Below, one piece after another: positions 39,245 to 48,741 of a stretch of DNA of 64,000 nucleotides. The stretch is from Alphaproteobacteria bacterium. GTDB taxonomy: Bacteria > Pseudomonadota > Alphaproteobacteria > M2410. The position numbers and the translations under genes are program-made. Location of the stretch: positions 2,857,807-2,921,806 of the forward strand of contig OZ252216.1 of assembly GCA_965248915.1 (NCBI GenBank), given 5' to 3'. How positions within the stretch are numbered: the stretch's first letter is position 1; each line of letters begins with the position of its first letter. The notes beneath the pieces are model-generated. The model saw only the letters and a program-made list of their open reading frames with translations. It searched no databases and was not told the origin of the DNA.

Positions 39245-40387
39245 TTACACAAACGAGTGCGGATAGTCGGGCGCGCGCCCTTGAAATTCCAAGATGGCGG
39301 GCTTCTGTATCACCCCTTCATCTGTGTTGATCGCCTGGCGGATGGATTCACATCCCTGCCACTCATCGCGGCCAGCAAGAACCGTTTCGACATGAGGCAC
39401 TAGCGCTTCCGAAAGGCACCGCGAGGCACTCTCCCAAAGATAACAAGGGGTGTGATCGACCGCGTAGTACCCCACATCGCCGACCCAAAACATGGGATCA
39501 TCAAAACCCGTCGGCTTGGCAAAATAAAACCCCATGCCTTCGTCGCAACTCACATCAATCACGAGCGCCCCCGCTTTCAGGCTGTCTCTTTCCTTTTCGG
39601 TAACGAAGAGAAGCGGGTTGTTGGGATCTTGAAAAATGCCATTGATCAAAATGTCCGTTTCGCTAATGAGATCGGACAACGGTCTCTCCGTGCCATCGAC
39701 TGCACATGCCACCAACCGCGGCTCACCGGCACGGCCGTCGCGCAAGCGCATATAGCTACACCCCAAAACCTCCTCACGGATCACATAGTCCGGTTGCTTC
39801 GTGCAAACCGTGATGTCTTGAAAACCGAGCGCCTGCAGTGCACTGATGGCCCCGAAGCTCACCGCACCGAACCCAAAAATGACAACCTTACGGTTGTTAC
39901 CGTAGTGTCCATTGATGCCGCTCAAATGGGTTGCATGTAACACCGCGCAATATCCCGCCAGTTCATTGTTCTTGTAAAATGTGTGACGACGGGGCCGACC
40001 GCGTGGGCTCCAAACATACATGTCCTCAAAGGCAATGAGCGTGAGTTTCCGGTCGATAGCAGCTTGGGTAATGTCCCCTTGTTGGGCGCAATGGGGATAG
40101 CCCCACAAAATGCCCCCATCAGGCATTTCCTCAAGATCTTTGAGCATAGGCTTGGCAAGAATGGCCGCCCCAATGTCCGACAATATTTCCCGGCGCGACG
40201 TCACCCCGCCTGTCATCTCAGTGATCTGTGCATCAGACCATCCAAACCGCTGGCCGTAGCCTTCTTCAAAGACAAGATGGCGCCGAACGTCTTCAGACAG
40301 TCGCTCCAAATGATCCGGATGAAGCGGAACGCGCGTTTCATTTTTCTTTCGTGACGTTCCGATCACGCCAAATGTCAATTGGGTCAT
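39245..40387 (-). CDS. Alanine dehydrogenase/PNT-family NAD(P)-binding protein (N5-(carboxyethyl)ornithine synthase-like)
   Basis: AlaDH/PNT-type N-terminal and Rossmann domains (VVIFGFGAVSFGAISAL). Start at MTQLTFGVIG with an AAGGAA RBS. Confidence 0.6.
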   Translation of the reverse strand: MTQLTFGVIGTSRKKNETRVPLHPDHLERLSEDVRRHLVFEEGYGQRFGWSDAQITEMTGGVTSRREILSDIGAAILAKPMLKDLEEMPDGGILWGYPHCAQQGDITQAAIDRKLTLIAFEDMYVWSPRGRPRRHTFYKNNELAGYCAVLHATHLSGINGHYGNNRKVVIFGFGAVSFGAISALQALGFQDITVCTKQPDYVIREEVLGCSYMRLRDGRAGEPRLVACAVDGTERPLSDLISETDILINGIFQDPNNPLLFVTEKERDSLKAGALVIDVSCDEGMGFYFAKPTGFDDPMFWVGDVGYYAVDHTPCYLWESASRCLSEALVPHVETVLAGRDEWQGCESIRQAINTDEGVIQKPAILEFQGRAPDYPHSFV

Positions 40388-40518
40388 GTCATTCCTTATG
40401 CAAACCAAATTCACGCCGAAATCAAACGGCGACTAGCATCTACGATTCTGAAGAGATCATGGCCTAACGCAGCAGTAGGCGCAATTGCTGCTTGTGGGGC
40501 CTATGCGCGCACCACGGT

Positions 40519-40905
40519 CTAGCTTAGCTCACGGCGTGCCGCTCGCGCATCACCAAAGCTATACCAGATGATCCAGAGCAACAGGACCTGAAGCAACAAT
40601 CGGACATATAGGGCGATCAAAGGCACATCCGGAAAGAGCTCTGGGTTCATGGCCATGTGAATGTTGGCGGGCGTGACCGCAAGCGTGAGCGCGATCAACC
40701 CATAGCCCGCCATCAAACGCGTGCGAGTGAGGAGGAGACCGAGCGCGCCTAAGATTTCAAAGGCACCACTGATCCACACAATTTCCAAGTGGTGCGGCAA
40801 ATAGGGTGGCATGATCGCCACGAAAAATTCAGGATTGGTAAAATGGTTGATGCCGCCAAACAAGAAATAGGCAGCGACCAGTAAGATCGCGATGATCCGG
40901 AGCAT
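40519..40905 (-). CDS. DoxX family membrane protein
   Basis: 128 aa, 4 TM, DoxX-like pattern. Confidence 0.6.
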   Translation of the reverse strand: MLRIIAILLVAAYFLFGGINHFTNPEFFVAIMPPYLPHHLEIVWISGAFEILGALGLLLTRTRLMAGYGLIALTLAVTPANIHMAMNPELFPDVPLIALYVRLLLQVLLLWIIWYSFGDARAARRELS

Positions 40906-40937
40906 TCTCCCCCCTTGGTATTGTTATGCGAGCGCCT

Positions 40938-41216
40938 TTAACTCACCGCTTCCAATTGGCGAGGCGTTGGCGTGGTTAGGACCTCACTCAACGCATCAAG
41001 CGCATTATTGACACGTCGGCGCTCTTCCAAGAGATGATTGAACTGTTGATCACACCCCGCAATGGGCGTTGGGTAATTGGAAATCTCAACGTCCAACAAC
41101 TTTGCGGCTTCATCTAATTTCGCCTTCGCAAGCATGACACTACTCTCATACCTCATCGCAAGATCCCTTCCGATTGAACCTTGGCCCAGTCTATCACGGT
41201 TCACCACAGCTCGCAA
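40938..41216 (-). CDS. Hypothetical protein (92 aa)
   Basis: ORF only; no motif recognised. Confidence 0.3.
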   Translation of the reverse strand: MRAVVNRDRLGQGSIGRDLAMRYESSVMLAKAKLDEAAKLLDVEISNYPTPIAGCDQQFNHLLEERRRVNNALDALSEVLTTPTPRQLEAVS

Positions 41217-41265
41217 AAGGCAAGCTGCAAGCGCTAAGGTTACGATGTTGCGAAGGTGCTAGAAT

Positions 41266-41859
41266 TCAAGAGGCGCGTGGGGAGTGCCGACTGGGTCGCT
41301 CACTGCGCCATTGCACAGGGCTCATGTCATATTGTTCTTTGAAACAATGGTTGAACCGGCGCACACTTCCAAAGCCTGCCTCCATCGCAACATCAATCAT
41401 GGGCGATGAAGTGTCACTCAGCAAATGGCGCGCCTTGTGAAGACGTTTTGTTTGCGCCACTTGCTGCGGTGTGGCGCCCAAATGCTCTTCAAACAAGCGA
41501 CGCAAATGACGACCTGAGATGCCCAACCGGTCCGCAAGCTCATCAACCGTTCCTGAATTAAGAGCCCCTTGGTCAATGAGCTTCATGGCGCGATTAACCG
41601 TCGCCTGGGTTCCAATCCAAGCCGGTGAATTGGGGATCGCATCCGGTCGGCATCTCTTGCAAGGTCGAAAGCCGACGAGTTCCGCCTCAGTGGCAGACCG
41701 ATAAAATGAACAGTTCTCATACTTTGCTTTTCGCGCCGGGCAGATCGTGCGGCAATAGATACCTGTGGTGCGCACCCCGATGAACACGCGCCCATCATAG
41801 GATTTGTCGCGGTTGAGCAACGCCTCGTAATAAATTCGGTGGTCATCCGTTTGCAGCAC
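41266..41859 (-). CDS. Ada N-terminal-type regulator (methylphosphotriester-DNA alkyltransferase Zn domain + AraC-type HTH; AdaA-like)
   Basis: Cys4 Zn motif (YCRTICPARKAKYENCSFY...FRPCKRCRPD); AraC HTH region (GISGRHLRRLFEEHLGATPQQ...RLHKARHLL). Confidence 0.75.
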   Translation of the reverse strand: MLQTDDHRIYYEALLNRDKSYDGRVFIGVRTTGIYCRTICPARKAKYENCSFYRSATEAELVGFRPCKRCRPDAIPNSPAWIGTQATVNRAMKLIDQGALNSGTVDELADRLGISGRHLRRLFEEHLGATPQQVAQTKRLHKARHLLSDTSSPMIDVAMEAGFGSVRRFNHCFKEQYDMSPVQWRSERPSRHSPRAS

Positions 41860-42017
41860 TTAGATTCTCCTGCGCTCACAATACCTCGGATCGAGAGCCG
41901 AATCACGCCACATTCGGACTCCTATGAAACCCGCCATTCGCGTCCGAAAACGGCCAGACAATCGTCGGTCACCAGGCTTAATGAGGGGCAACCATTCCTC
42001 AACCCCCAACACGAACA

Positions 42018-43229
42018 ATGACCCAAGACACAGAGATAGCACTGAAATTCACAGCGGTCGTCGGATTTGCCCTGACCATGTTCAACATTGGTGCCTTCTT
42101 CCTGTCGCTCTCGCCAGCTCTCCACAGCATAGCCGCAGACTTGAAACCGCCTTCTAACCAGATCGGACTTCCGGGCGCCATCTACGGGGCCTGCTTGGGG
42201 GCAATGGCTCTTGTGGCCTCAGTGATCCTCGATCATTTCGACCGGCGAGTGTTCTTTTTTGCCGGATTGACCCTCCACGCGATTGGCATACTGACAATTG
42301 TTACAGCACAGGGTTGGCTTCTCTTCACTCTTGGATGGGCCTTTTGCGGGTCCGGCGCAGGCCTCCTTCAGCCATGTGCCTATGCCATGATCTCTGACGC
42401 CTCGACAGACGAAACCCGAGCGAAAACACTGGGCCGTGTCAATATCGGATGGGCCGGCGCAACCCTCATCGGCGTTCCAGCAAGCGCAACACTTTTGGAC
42501 ATCTTAACTTGGCGCTACGCTCTCGCGTTTTATCTGATCCTGTGGACCATCGTTATCCTCTCAATCGCGCCGTCCTTTCTCCAGCAAGCTCAACACGTGG
42601 CATCAACCGCAACGCACACAGGCATCTGGTCTCGTGATCGACTGAAGAGAGTGATCGCTTTGAGATTGCACTGGCTGTTCCTATCCACAGTGTTCATCTT
42701 CATTGGGTTCTACGGTGTATACTCATTTCTTGGGATCGCAATAACAGACCAATTGGGACTGGAGCCAAGCGGCGTCGGTCTCTTTGTTGCCATATACGGC
42801 GCAGGGTTTCTCTTAGGCACACTCAAGTCAGGTACCATTGATCAAATCGGGCACCTTCGAGCCTTAGTAATGGCAACCGCTGGATTGTCCCTCATTCTCT
42901 TGAGCGTACCTTTTGCAACCGCAAGCGTGTTTGCATTGGCAGGGGTGATGGTGTTGTGGGGGATCTTTCAAGTCGGTGCCTTCACAGCCCTAACCGCGGT
43001 TGCAGGAGGGGTCGCCGCGGAGGTCAGAGGCCTCGCCCTCGCTCTCAATGCAGCCGCCGTGATGATCGGTGCCTCACTTGGGTCAGGGCTCATGGGTTTC
43101 ATGATGTCCCAATGGAACTACAAGATGGTTGGTCTGGCCTGCGGTCTCTCCACATTTATTGCAATGGGCATCGTCGCCCTGCTAGTACGCCCTCAGCAAC
43201 AAGCGATGAACGCCGCCGCAAAGAGCTGA
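42018..43229 (+). CDS. MFS transporter
   Basis: 12 TM; MFS motif-A-like GRVNIGWAG. 403 aa. Confidence 0.7.
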   Translation: MTQDTEIALKFTAVVGFALTMFNIGAFFLSLSPALHSIAADLKPPSNQIGLPGAIYGACLGAMALVASVILDHFDRRVFFFAGLTLHAIGILTIVTAQGWLLFTLGWAFCGSGAGLLQPCAYAMISDASTDETRAKTLGRVNIGWAGATLIGVPASATLLDILTWRYALAFYLILWTIVILSIAPSFLQQAQHVASTATHTGIWSRDRLKRVIALRLHWLFLSTVFIFIGFYGVYSFLGIAITDQLGLEPSGVGLFVAIYGAGFLLGTLKSGTIDQIGHLRALVMATAGLSLILLSVPFATASVFALAGVMVLWGIFQVGAFTALTAVAGGVAAEVRGLALALNAAAVMIGASLGSGLMGFMMSQWNYKMVGLACGLSTFIAMGIVALLVRPQQQAMNAAAKS

Positions 43230-43290
43230 ACGAGAACCTGAAGATCTCAAATTCTCTTGCTCTGATTCTCCAAATTCCGCATAAGTTTGA

Positions 43291-45165
43291 TTGTCATTGC
43301 ACTTAGCTTCATGTCGCGACAGCAGGGGTTATCAAAGTATGGATGCGCTTTTGGGTCTTCTGCCATCAGCCATGATCACACTTCCGATTGGTGTCATGTT
43401 AGTGAGCTTAAGTGTTGCGGCCTATGCCTGGTCGATCAGACAACACCTTGCCTGGCAGAACGTTAAGTTCGGACACAACCAAACCGAAATTGACTGGCAG
43501 TCTTTTGCAATCCTTGTCCTCATTATTGCGGTGGGATTAGCGGCCCGACTCTGGGGACTTGGCGAGAAGTCACTGACCCATCCCGAAGCCTACATTCCAG
43601 GTATTGTTTTGCCACCGGGTATCTCCGAGCCTCCGCCACGTTACGGGTTCTACGAGACCTTCTGGTGGCATTTCCACGGTGAACCACACCCCATGGGATT
43701 CTACATGGCCATGTGGGCTTGGGTGAAAGCCTTCGGAACCAGTCTAGAATCCCTTCGCCTACCCATCGTCTTGGTCGGAACCGTCTCTATCTACTTCATC
43801 TACCGGCTCGCCGCAGATCTTTACGATCGATCTGTTGGCTACCTAGCTGCTGCACTCTTAGCCCTTCATGGCTTGCACATGTATTGGAGTCAGATTTCAA
43901 GAATGTATGTGCCAGGAACAGCATTGGGTTTGCTTGCAACGATCTTGCTCTGGCGTATCGCAACAAGACCCGGTCCAAACCTGCGACTTGAAGGCCTCTA
44001 TCTCGGCGTTCTTGTTGTCGGAACTTCTGTGCAACTCTTTTTCTGGCTTCTGATGGGACTTCACATCGTCTGGCTGGTTCTCAATCATCGTGCGGCCGAG
44101 GGTGTTGTCCCGCGATTAGCGGTCATCTTGTGCGCCGCCATCGCTCTATCGTCGCCGAATATGATCCAAGCACTCTACACCGCCTATGACGCGGTCCTCC
44201 CCGGGCCAAGCGCGGGCTTTTTGCTTGAGTTCTATAGTTTTGGGTTTGCTTTTGAGACAGATCAATTCTCGCGGCCCACGCGCGGATTGCCACTTGCTCT
44301 TTCCGCCATCTTGTCCGTCATCTGCATTGGCCTTGCACTTCGCGGCCTTACCTTGCCTCAAAACAACGCTGCATATATAGGGTCCGCTGCAATCGCGAAA
44401 TCCTTCAAACCTCTCTATGTTCTGGCCTTTGGTATGTTCTTTGTCTGTCTCGGTCTAACCGCTCTGGCTTGGCGGGAAACTGAAAAGTTGATGATTGTAA
44501 GTCTTCTCCCTCTTCTTGCCCTCAGCATATTGCCCTTTGCCCGATACTTTACCCCGCGGCTAAGATCTCACGGATTGGACACCGCAAAACAAAGGCCTTG
44601 GATTGCAGCGCTACTCTCCCCCATCGGATTACTTGCCATCATCTCTGTGCCAACCATCTTCCTAGGATCATTCTATCAAACGGTCCTGGCCCCACGGGCC
44701 TTCATGATCTTCGTGCCCTATCTGCTCATCCTTATTGCCGCTGGTGTCGCGACAATCCGTTCTCGTCGATATGTTTACGCACCCGCAATTGCCGCGCTCC
44801 TTGTCATATTCGCATTGAGCACAGCACATTTCAAAACGACACCGAACAGCCCGCGGGACTACAAAGGTTTGGCGGAAAGGCTCGTGCCTGAAATCGAACC
44901 GAACGATCAGGTCTTCGTGCTCCATCGCAATTGGTGGCAAACACCCATATTCTACTTCCTCAATCACGAGCAACTCGTTGCCGAAAATTTCGATGAGGCT
45001 GTCGCCGCAAAACCCGACGCCCGTATTTGGTTCATTGTCATCGAAGAACTAAATCCAGAACTCGAAATGGTAAAGGCCGTGCAAGCCACTCATCGACAGA
45101 CCCATGACATCAATGTTCTAGGTCACCGAGCCATCCTCTTTGAGCCCTGGCAAACCATGCAGTAA
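43291..45165 (+). CDS. Glycosyltransferase family 39 / ArnT-like integral membrane glycosyltransferase (start may be 43339)
   Basis: Large polytopic N-terminal domain plus a C-terminal soluble domain. Sits beside GT2 and GtrA genes, the classic undecaprenyl-phosphate sugar triad. Confidence 0.6.
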   Translation: MSLHLASCRDSRGYQSMDALLGLLPSAMITLPIGVMLVSLSVAAYAWSIRQHLAWQNVKFGHNQTEIDWQSFAILVLIIAVGLAARLWGLGEKSLTHPEAYIPGIVLPPGISEPPPRYGFYETFWWHFHGEPHPMGFYMAMWAWVKAFGTSLESLRLPIVLVGTVSIYFIYRLAADLYDRSVGYLAAALLALHGLHMYWSQISRMYVPGTALGLLATILLWRIATRPGPNLRLEGLYLGVLVVGTSVQLFFWLLMGLHIVWLVLNHRAAEGVVPRLAVILCAAIALSSPNMIQALYTAYDAVLPGPSAGFLLEFYSFGFAFETDQFSRPTRGLPLALSAILSVICIGLALRGLTLPQNNAAYIGSAAIAKSFKPLYVLAFGMFFVCLGLTALAWRETEKLMIVSLLPLLALSILPFARYFTPRLRSHGLDTAKQRPWIAALLSPIGLLAIISVPTIFLGSFYQTVLAPRAFMIFVPYLLILIAAGVATIRSRRYVYAPAIAALLVIFALSTAHFKTTPNSPRDYKGLAERLVPEIEPNDQVFVLHRNWWQTPIFYFLNHEQLVAENFDEAVAAKPDARIWFIVIEELNPELEMVKAVQATHRQTHDINVLGHRAILFEPWQTMQ

Positions 45166-45197
45166 CACTCTTTCACGTGGCGTCGGCAGGATAGTGA

Positions 45198-46175
45198 CTA
45201 TTTGGGGGGAGGTTCAGTGGCTTTGCCATTGGAGACCACAGACTCTATGACAAAGAGGGGGCGTCCTTTCGATTGCATGAAGATGCGCCCCACATATTGC
45301 CCAATAATGCCGAGGGCAATCAGCTGCAAGCCACCCAAAAGTAAGAGAACAACCATCACACTTGCCCAACCAGCCACCGTCTCCCCTTGAAAATAGGTAA
45401 CCAACGTCCGGATCAACATGAGGAGAGCGAAAAACGAAAACGCATACCCAATGTAGGAAACCACGCGCAACGGTACGGTTGAAAAGCTGGTGATCGCATC
45501 GGTCGCAAAATAAAGCATTTTTCGAAATGGGTATTTTGTCGTGCCGGCAAATCGCTTTTCCCGGCGATAGTGTAAGGGAACCTGATTGAACCCGACCCAA
45601 CTCACCATGCCGCGAATAAACCGGTCGCGTTCTTCCATGTTGTTCAAAACATCAAGCACGCGTCGGTCAATCAACCTAAAATCACCGGTGTCCCGCGGAA
45701 TGCTGATTGACGTCAATTTGTCGAGCACCCAGTAAAATGACTTCGCCGACACTTTCTTAAGAGCCGTTTCCCCTTTGCGGCTCAATCTCTGGCCATAAAC
45801 AACATCCGCCCCCTCATCCATGAGAGCCATCATGTCCGACAACAGTTCAGGTGGATCTTGCAGGTCGGCATCGAGAATGAAAACACGTTCCCCACGGCAA
45901 ACACTCAGTCCAGCTGTCAATGCCAATTGGTGACCATGGTTGCGAGCAAGCAGGACCCCCACCACTCGGGTGTCATTGTTCGAAAGGTTTTGGATAAGAT
46001 CGCGAGTTTGATCGGAAGAGCCATCGTCCACTAGAATAAACTCGAAATCACTGCCAACCACAGTTTCGGTCGCCTCCACCACCCTCGTATAGAGTTCAGA
46101 CAGGGATTCTTCTTCGTTGTAGCAAGGCACTACAACAGAGAGCGGAAGATCAGAACTGTTTTCCATCAATGTCAT
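45198..46175 (-). CDS. Glycosyltransferase family 2 (polyprenyl-phosphate sugar synthase, ArnC/DPM1-like)
   Basis: LSVVVPCYNEE and ILVDDGSSD GT-A motifs; DAD motif (ILDADLQDPPE); two C-terminal TM helices. Confidence 0.85.
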   Translation of the reverse strand: MTLMENSSDLPLSVVVPCYNEEESLSELYTRVVEATETVVGSDFEFILVDDGSSDQTRDLIQNLSNNDTRVVGVLLARNHGHQLALTAGLSVCRGERVFILDADLQDPPELLSDMMALMDEGADVVYGQRLSRKGETALKKVSAKSFYWVLDKLTSISIPRDTGDFRLIDRRVLDVLNNMEERDRFIRGMVSWVGFNQVPLHYRREKRFAGTTKYPFRKMLYFATDAITSFSTVPLRVVSYIGYAFSFFALLMLIRTLVTYFQGETVAGWASVMVVLLLLGGLQLIALGIIGQYVGRIFMQSKGRPLFVIESVVSNGKATEPPPK

Positions 46176-46346
46176 CGATCGATCACCAAAAGGTTCAGCA
46201 TGTCTCGCATTTCACCCAGATCCGGTAGCAAAGTCCAGATTTCCAAGACCCAATCCACGGCCGCCAATATTACGGAAAGGAGCGCTGAAGAATGTCCGGT
46301 CGAATATCGTTTCAGTTCGTTAAGAAACCTGTAGCAGAGGGTAGGA

Positions 46347-46763
46347 TCACTCCGCTCGAAATGCCCAAAACTTGCTAAGCGCGAATGTGGAAAGAGGCGT
46401 CAGGAAAACAATGAAGATCAGCGAATAGCGATAAGATATCTGCCAGACGTCTGTGACAAAATAGACGGCCAGCGAATTGAGGCCCAACCCAAAGGCGGCC
46501 ACCACAAAAAAACGGGTCTGTGCAGCAAAGACCGACCGCGCATTTTCGCCGTTTCTCTGCTCGCTAAATGTCCACAAATAGTGGCCTGTAAAGGACACAC
46601 AAAACCCAACCAAATAGCCAATGAGATTTGAGGCAAGTGGTGAACTCCACCCCAGTTCAACAAGTCCAGTAAAGAGAACCGCATGAACCGCGGTCGATGT
46701 CAGGCCAACGATCGCGAACTTCGAAATCTGTTTTGTAAGCGCAAATTTCCGGTCTTTGCTCAT
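46347..46763 (-). CDS. GtrA family membrane protein
   Basis: 138 aa, 4 TM. The N-terminal KFAIVGLTSTAVHAVLF is typical of GtrA. Confidence 0.7.
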   Translation of the reverse strand: MSKDRKFALTKQISKFAIVGLTSTAVHAVLFTGLVELGWSSPLASNLIGYLVGFCVSFTGHYLWTFSEQRNGENARSVFAAQTRFFVVAAFGLGLNSLAVYFVTDVWQISYRYSLIFIVFLTPLSTFALSKFWAFRAE

Positions 46764-46771
46764 CGCCTCCC

Positions 46772-47635
46772 CTACATTCCCGCCAGCGGTTCAATGAGAC
46801 AGAGCACCCGAACCAGCGTCCCAGTTTTGCGCAAGCGCTTGCCGGTCGACCTGAGATTGCGTCGCTCAAATGCGTCCTCATCGAAGAGAACCGTTCCTTC
46901 GTCGGCCGCGTTGCGTTGTGCGAGTCGCAAAGCGCCAAAGAGTGACGAAGGATCAGCGGTAAACACGCGCCCCCGGCGAATACTTGACGCCACCGTCAAA
47001 CCAACGACATCGCCATGCTCGCTCATCACCATTCCTCCTGACAACCCACCCAAGGTTCCTTTGAATTCAGGGAGGCGGACATTTTCCGCCCAGGCGATCA
47101 CCGGTTCCCGAATACGGTATCGCCCATGGGTTAACATCTTCCGTCGACCAATGAGGGTTGTGTGCACTTGCCGTGCGTATCCTTGTGGATACCCAAAATG
47201 GGCCCCGGGCTCACCAAAAGTAAGAGGCTCAGATGACATGTTTAATGGCGGCGCTCTCAACGCCGCCCGCAATACCGCAACATCCGCGGACGGATGAACC
47301 GTGACATGGCGAACAAAGACGGGGGCATCGCCGTCTTTGACCAAGGCAATCACTGCGCAGCTGTCAACCACATGGCGTGCGGTCAACCAAACCCCGCTTT
47401 CATGGACGGAGAAGCCGCTCCCAAGTCCAGGCTCAACCTGACCCTCAATTGTGATCGATATGGAAGGATCATCAAAGTTCGGCACCGGCAAAGTGCGTCC
47501 AACTTCACCATCAGGTATCGCCGGTGGCACGCGAGGCGTGCGTGGGGACTGATCTTCCAGGAACAAAACAGCGTAGAAAAACACAAATGCAAAGATCCAA
47601 GCGACCATGCGACGGATGAATCTGACAGAAAGCAT
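46772..47635 (-). CDS. Trypsin-like (S1 family) serine peptidase, exported
   Basis: N-terminal TM/signal. His (LTARHVVDS), Asp (ADVAVL) and Ser (GLSGGMV) catalytic triad contexts. Confidence 0.6.
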   Translation of the reverse strand: MLSVRFIRRMVAWIFAFVFFYAVLFLEDQSPRTPRVPPAIPDGEVGRTLPVPNFDDPSISITIEGQVEPGLGSGFSVHESGVWLTARHVVDSCAVIALVKDGDAPVFVRHVTVHPSADVAVLRAALRAPPLNMSSEPLTFGEPGAHFGYPQGYARQVHTTLIGRRKMLTHGRYRIREPVIAWAENVRLPEFKGTLGGLSGGMVMSEHGDVVGLTVASSIRRGRVFTADPSSLFGALRLAQRNAADEGTVLFDEDAFERRNLRSTGKRLRKTGTLVRVLCLIEPLAGM

Positions 47636-47641
47636 GTGTCT

Positions 47642-48055
47642 CTATCCAGATATCGCGGCTGCGTTCACAAAAGCCGTTGCGAGCTTTATAGACACCAAAA
47701 AGATTGCCGAACTCATTTGACCCTCAGCAATACGCTTTGACAAATCTCGCAACACGAAATCGGCAATGAAAAACGCCGCTAATTGAAATCCGAGCGTAAC
47801 TACACCCCACACGACAATGTCTGACGCACTCACCGCAAATGCGAGGCAAAAGGACAAGGGCATCGCCAACCCAACCACCGCGCCTCCAAGGGAAACGGCC
47901 GCCGCATTATTACCCTCACGTACCAACGCCAACTCCTTGTGCGGCGTAATGGCAACGTAAATCACAAGCCCCATCCCTAAAATCACAAAGGTAAGGATGG
48001 AATGAAGCAAAAGATGGGGAAGCCCAGCCAATAAACTATCGATGATTGCCATCAT
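47642..48055 (-). CDS. DUF350 family membrane protein
   Basis: 137 aa with repeated TM modules typical of DUF350. Confidence 0.5.
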   Translation of the reverse strand: MMAIIDSLLAGLPHLLLHSILTFVILGMGLVIYVAITPHKELALVREGNNAAAVSLGGAVVGLAMPLSFCLAFAVSASDIVVWGVVTLGFQLAAFFIADFVLRDLSKRIAEGQMSSAIFLVSIKLATAFVNAAAISG

Positions 48056-48087
48056 GATTGCGTCCTAGTCTCTTCTTTGTACGAATC

Positions 48088-48558
48088 TCAATGTTTGGAA
48101 AACACCGTCTCGGTCTGACCTGCAGCGTCTTGTCCAAACAAGAACACCTCATAAGCCTCGCTGTGAGATCCCATCTCCATGCCTGGAGAACCAATGGGCA
48201 TTCCCGGTACCGCGATCCCAACCGCATCCGGCTGTTCTTCCAGGAGTTTCAAAACGTCAGAGGCCGGCACGTGGCCCTCAACGACATAATTGCCGACCTT
48301 TGCGGTGTGACAAGATTGCAAATGGGTCGGCACGGAGAGCGCGCTCTTAAGGGGGCCGAGGTTCTCCTCATCTTTGACCGTGACTTCAAACCCATGCATC
48401 TCCATATGCTTGATCCATGCAGAACAGCACCCACACCACGGGGTCTTATAAACGGTCATCTCATGTGTGTCGGCCAAGGCCCTAGGTGTGCTTAAGAACA
48501 TCCCCACGCCCAAAGCACAGCCCAACATGAACGCGAATAGAAAATGACGGTGGATCAT
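48088..48558 (-). CDS. DUF411 family periplasmic metal-binding protein (CopG-like, copper-resistance associated)
   Basis: Signal peptide; YKTPWCGCCSAW; C-terminal Met/His-rich MPIGSPGMEMGSH. Confidence 0.6.
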   Translation of the reverse strand: MIHRHFLFAFMLGCALGVGMFLSTPRALADTHEMTVYKTPWCGCCSAWIKHMEMHGFEVTVKDEENLGPLKSALSVPTHLQSCHTAKVGNYVVEGHVPASDVLKLLEEQPDAVGIAVPGMPIGSPGMEMGSHSEAYEVFLFGQDAAGQTETVFSKH

Positions 48559-48668
48559 GGAACGCTTCTCCTTCCGATTTCGTCGAACAAATCACGGTCC
48601 GGCCCGAAGAGCAAGAAAGCAACACTCAATCAATGACAGTCTTTATCTGAGGTGTCTAAACGAGAAAG

Positions 48669-48694
48669 AGCCCCGCCAGTAAAGGCGGAGCTCA
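48669..48694 (-). terminator. Putative rho-independent terminator hairpin downstream of the ompA-like gene
   Basis: GAGCCCCGCC-AGTAAA-GGCGGAGCTC stem-loop with a T-rich tract on either strand. Confidence 0.35.
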
Positions 48695-48741
48695 ATTCTT
48701 TTTGTGACCCTCAAGAAGGGGGTCGCTTAAACCGTCAAGTC

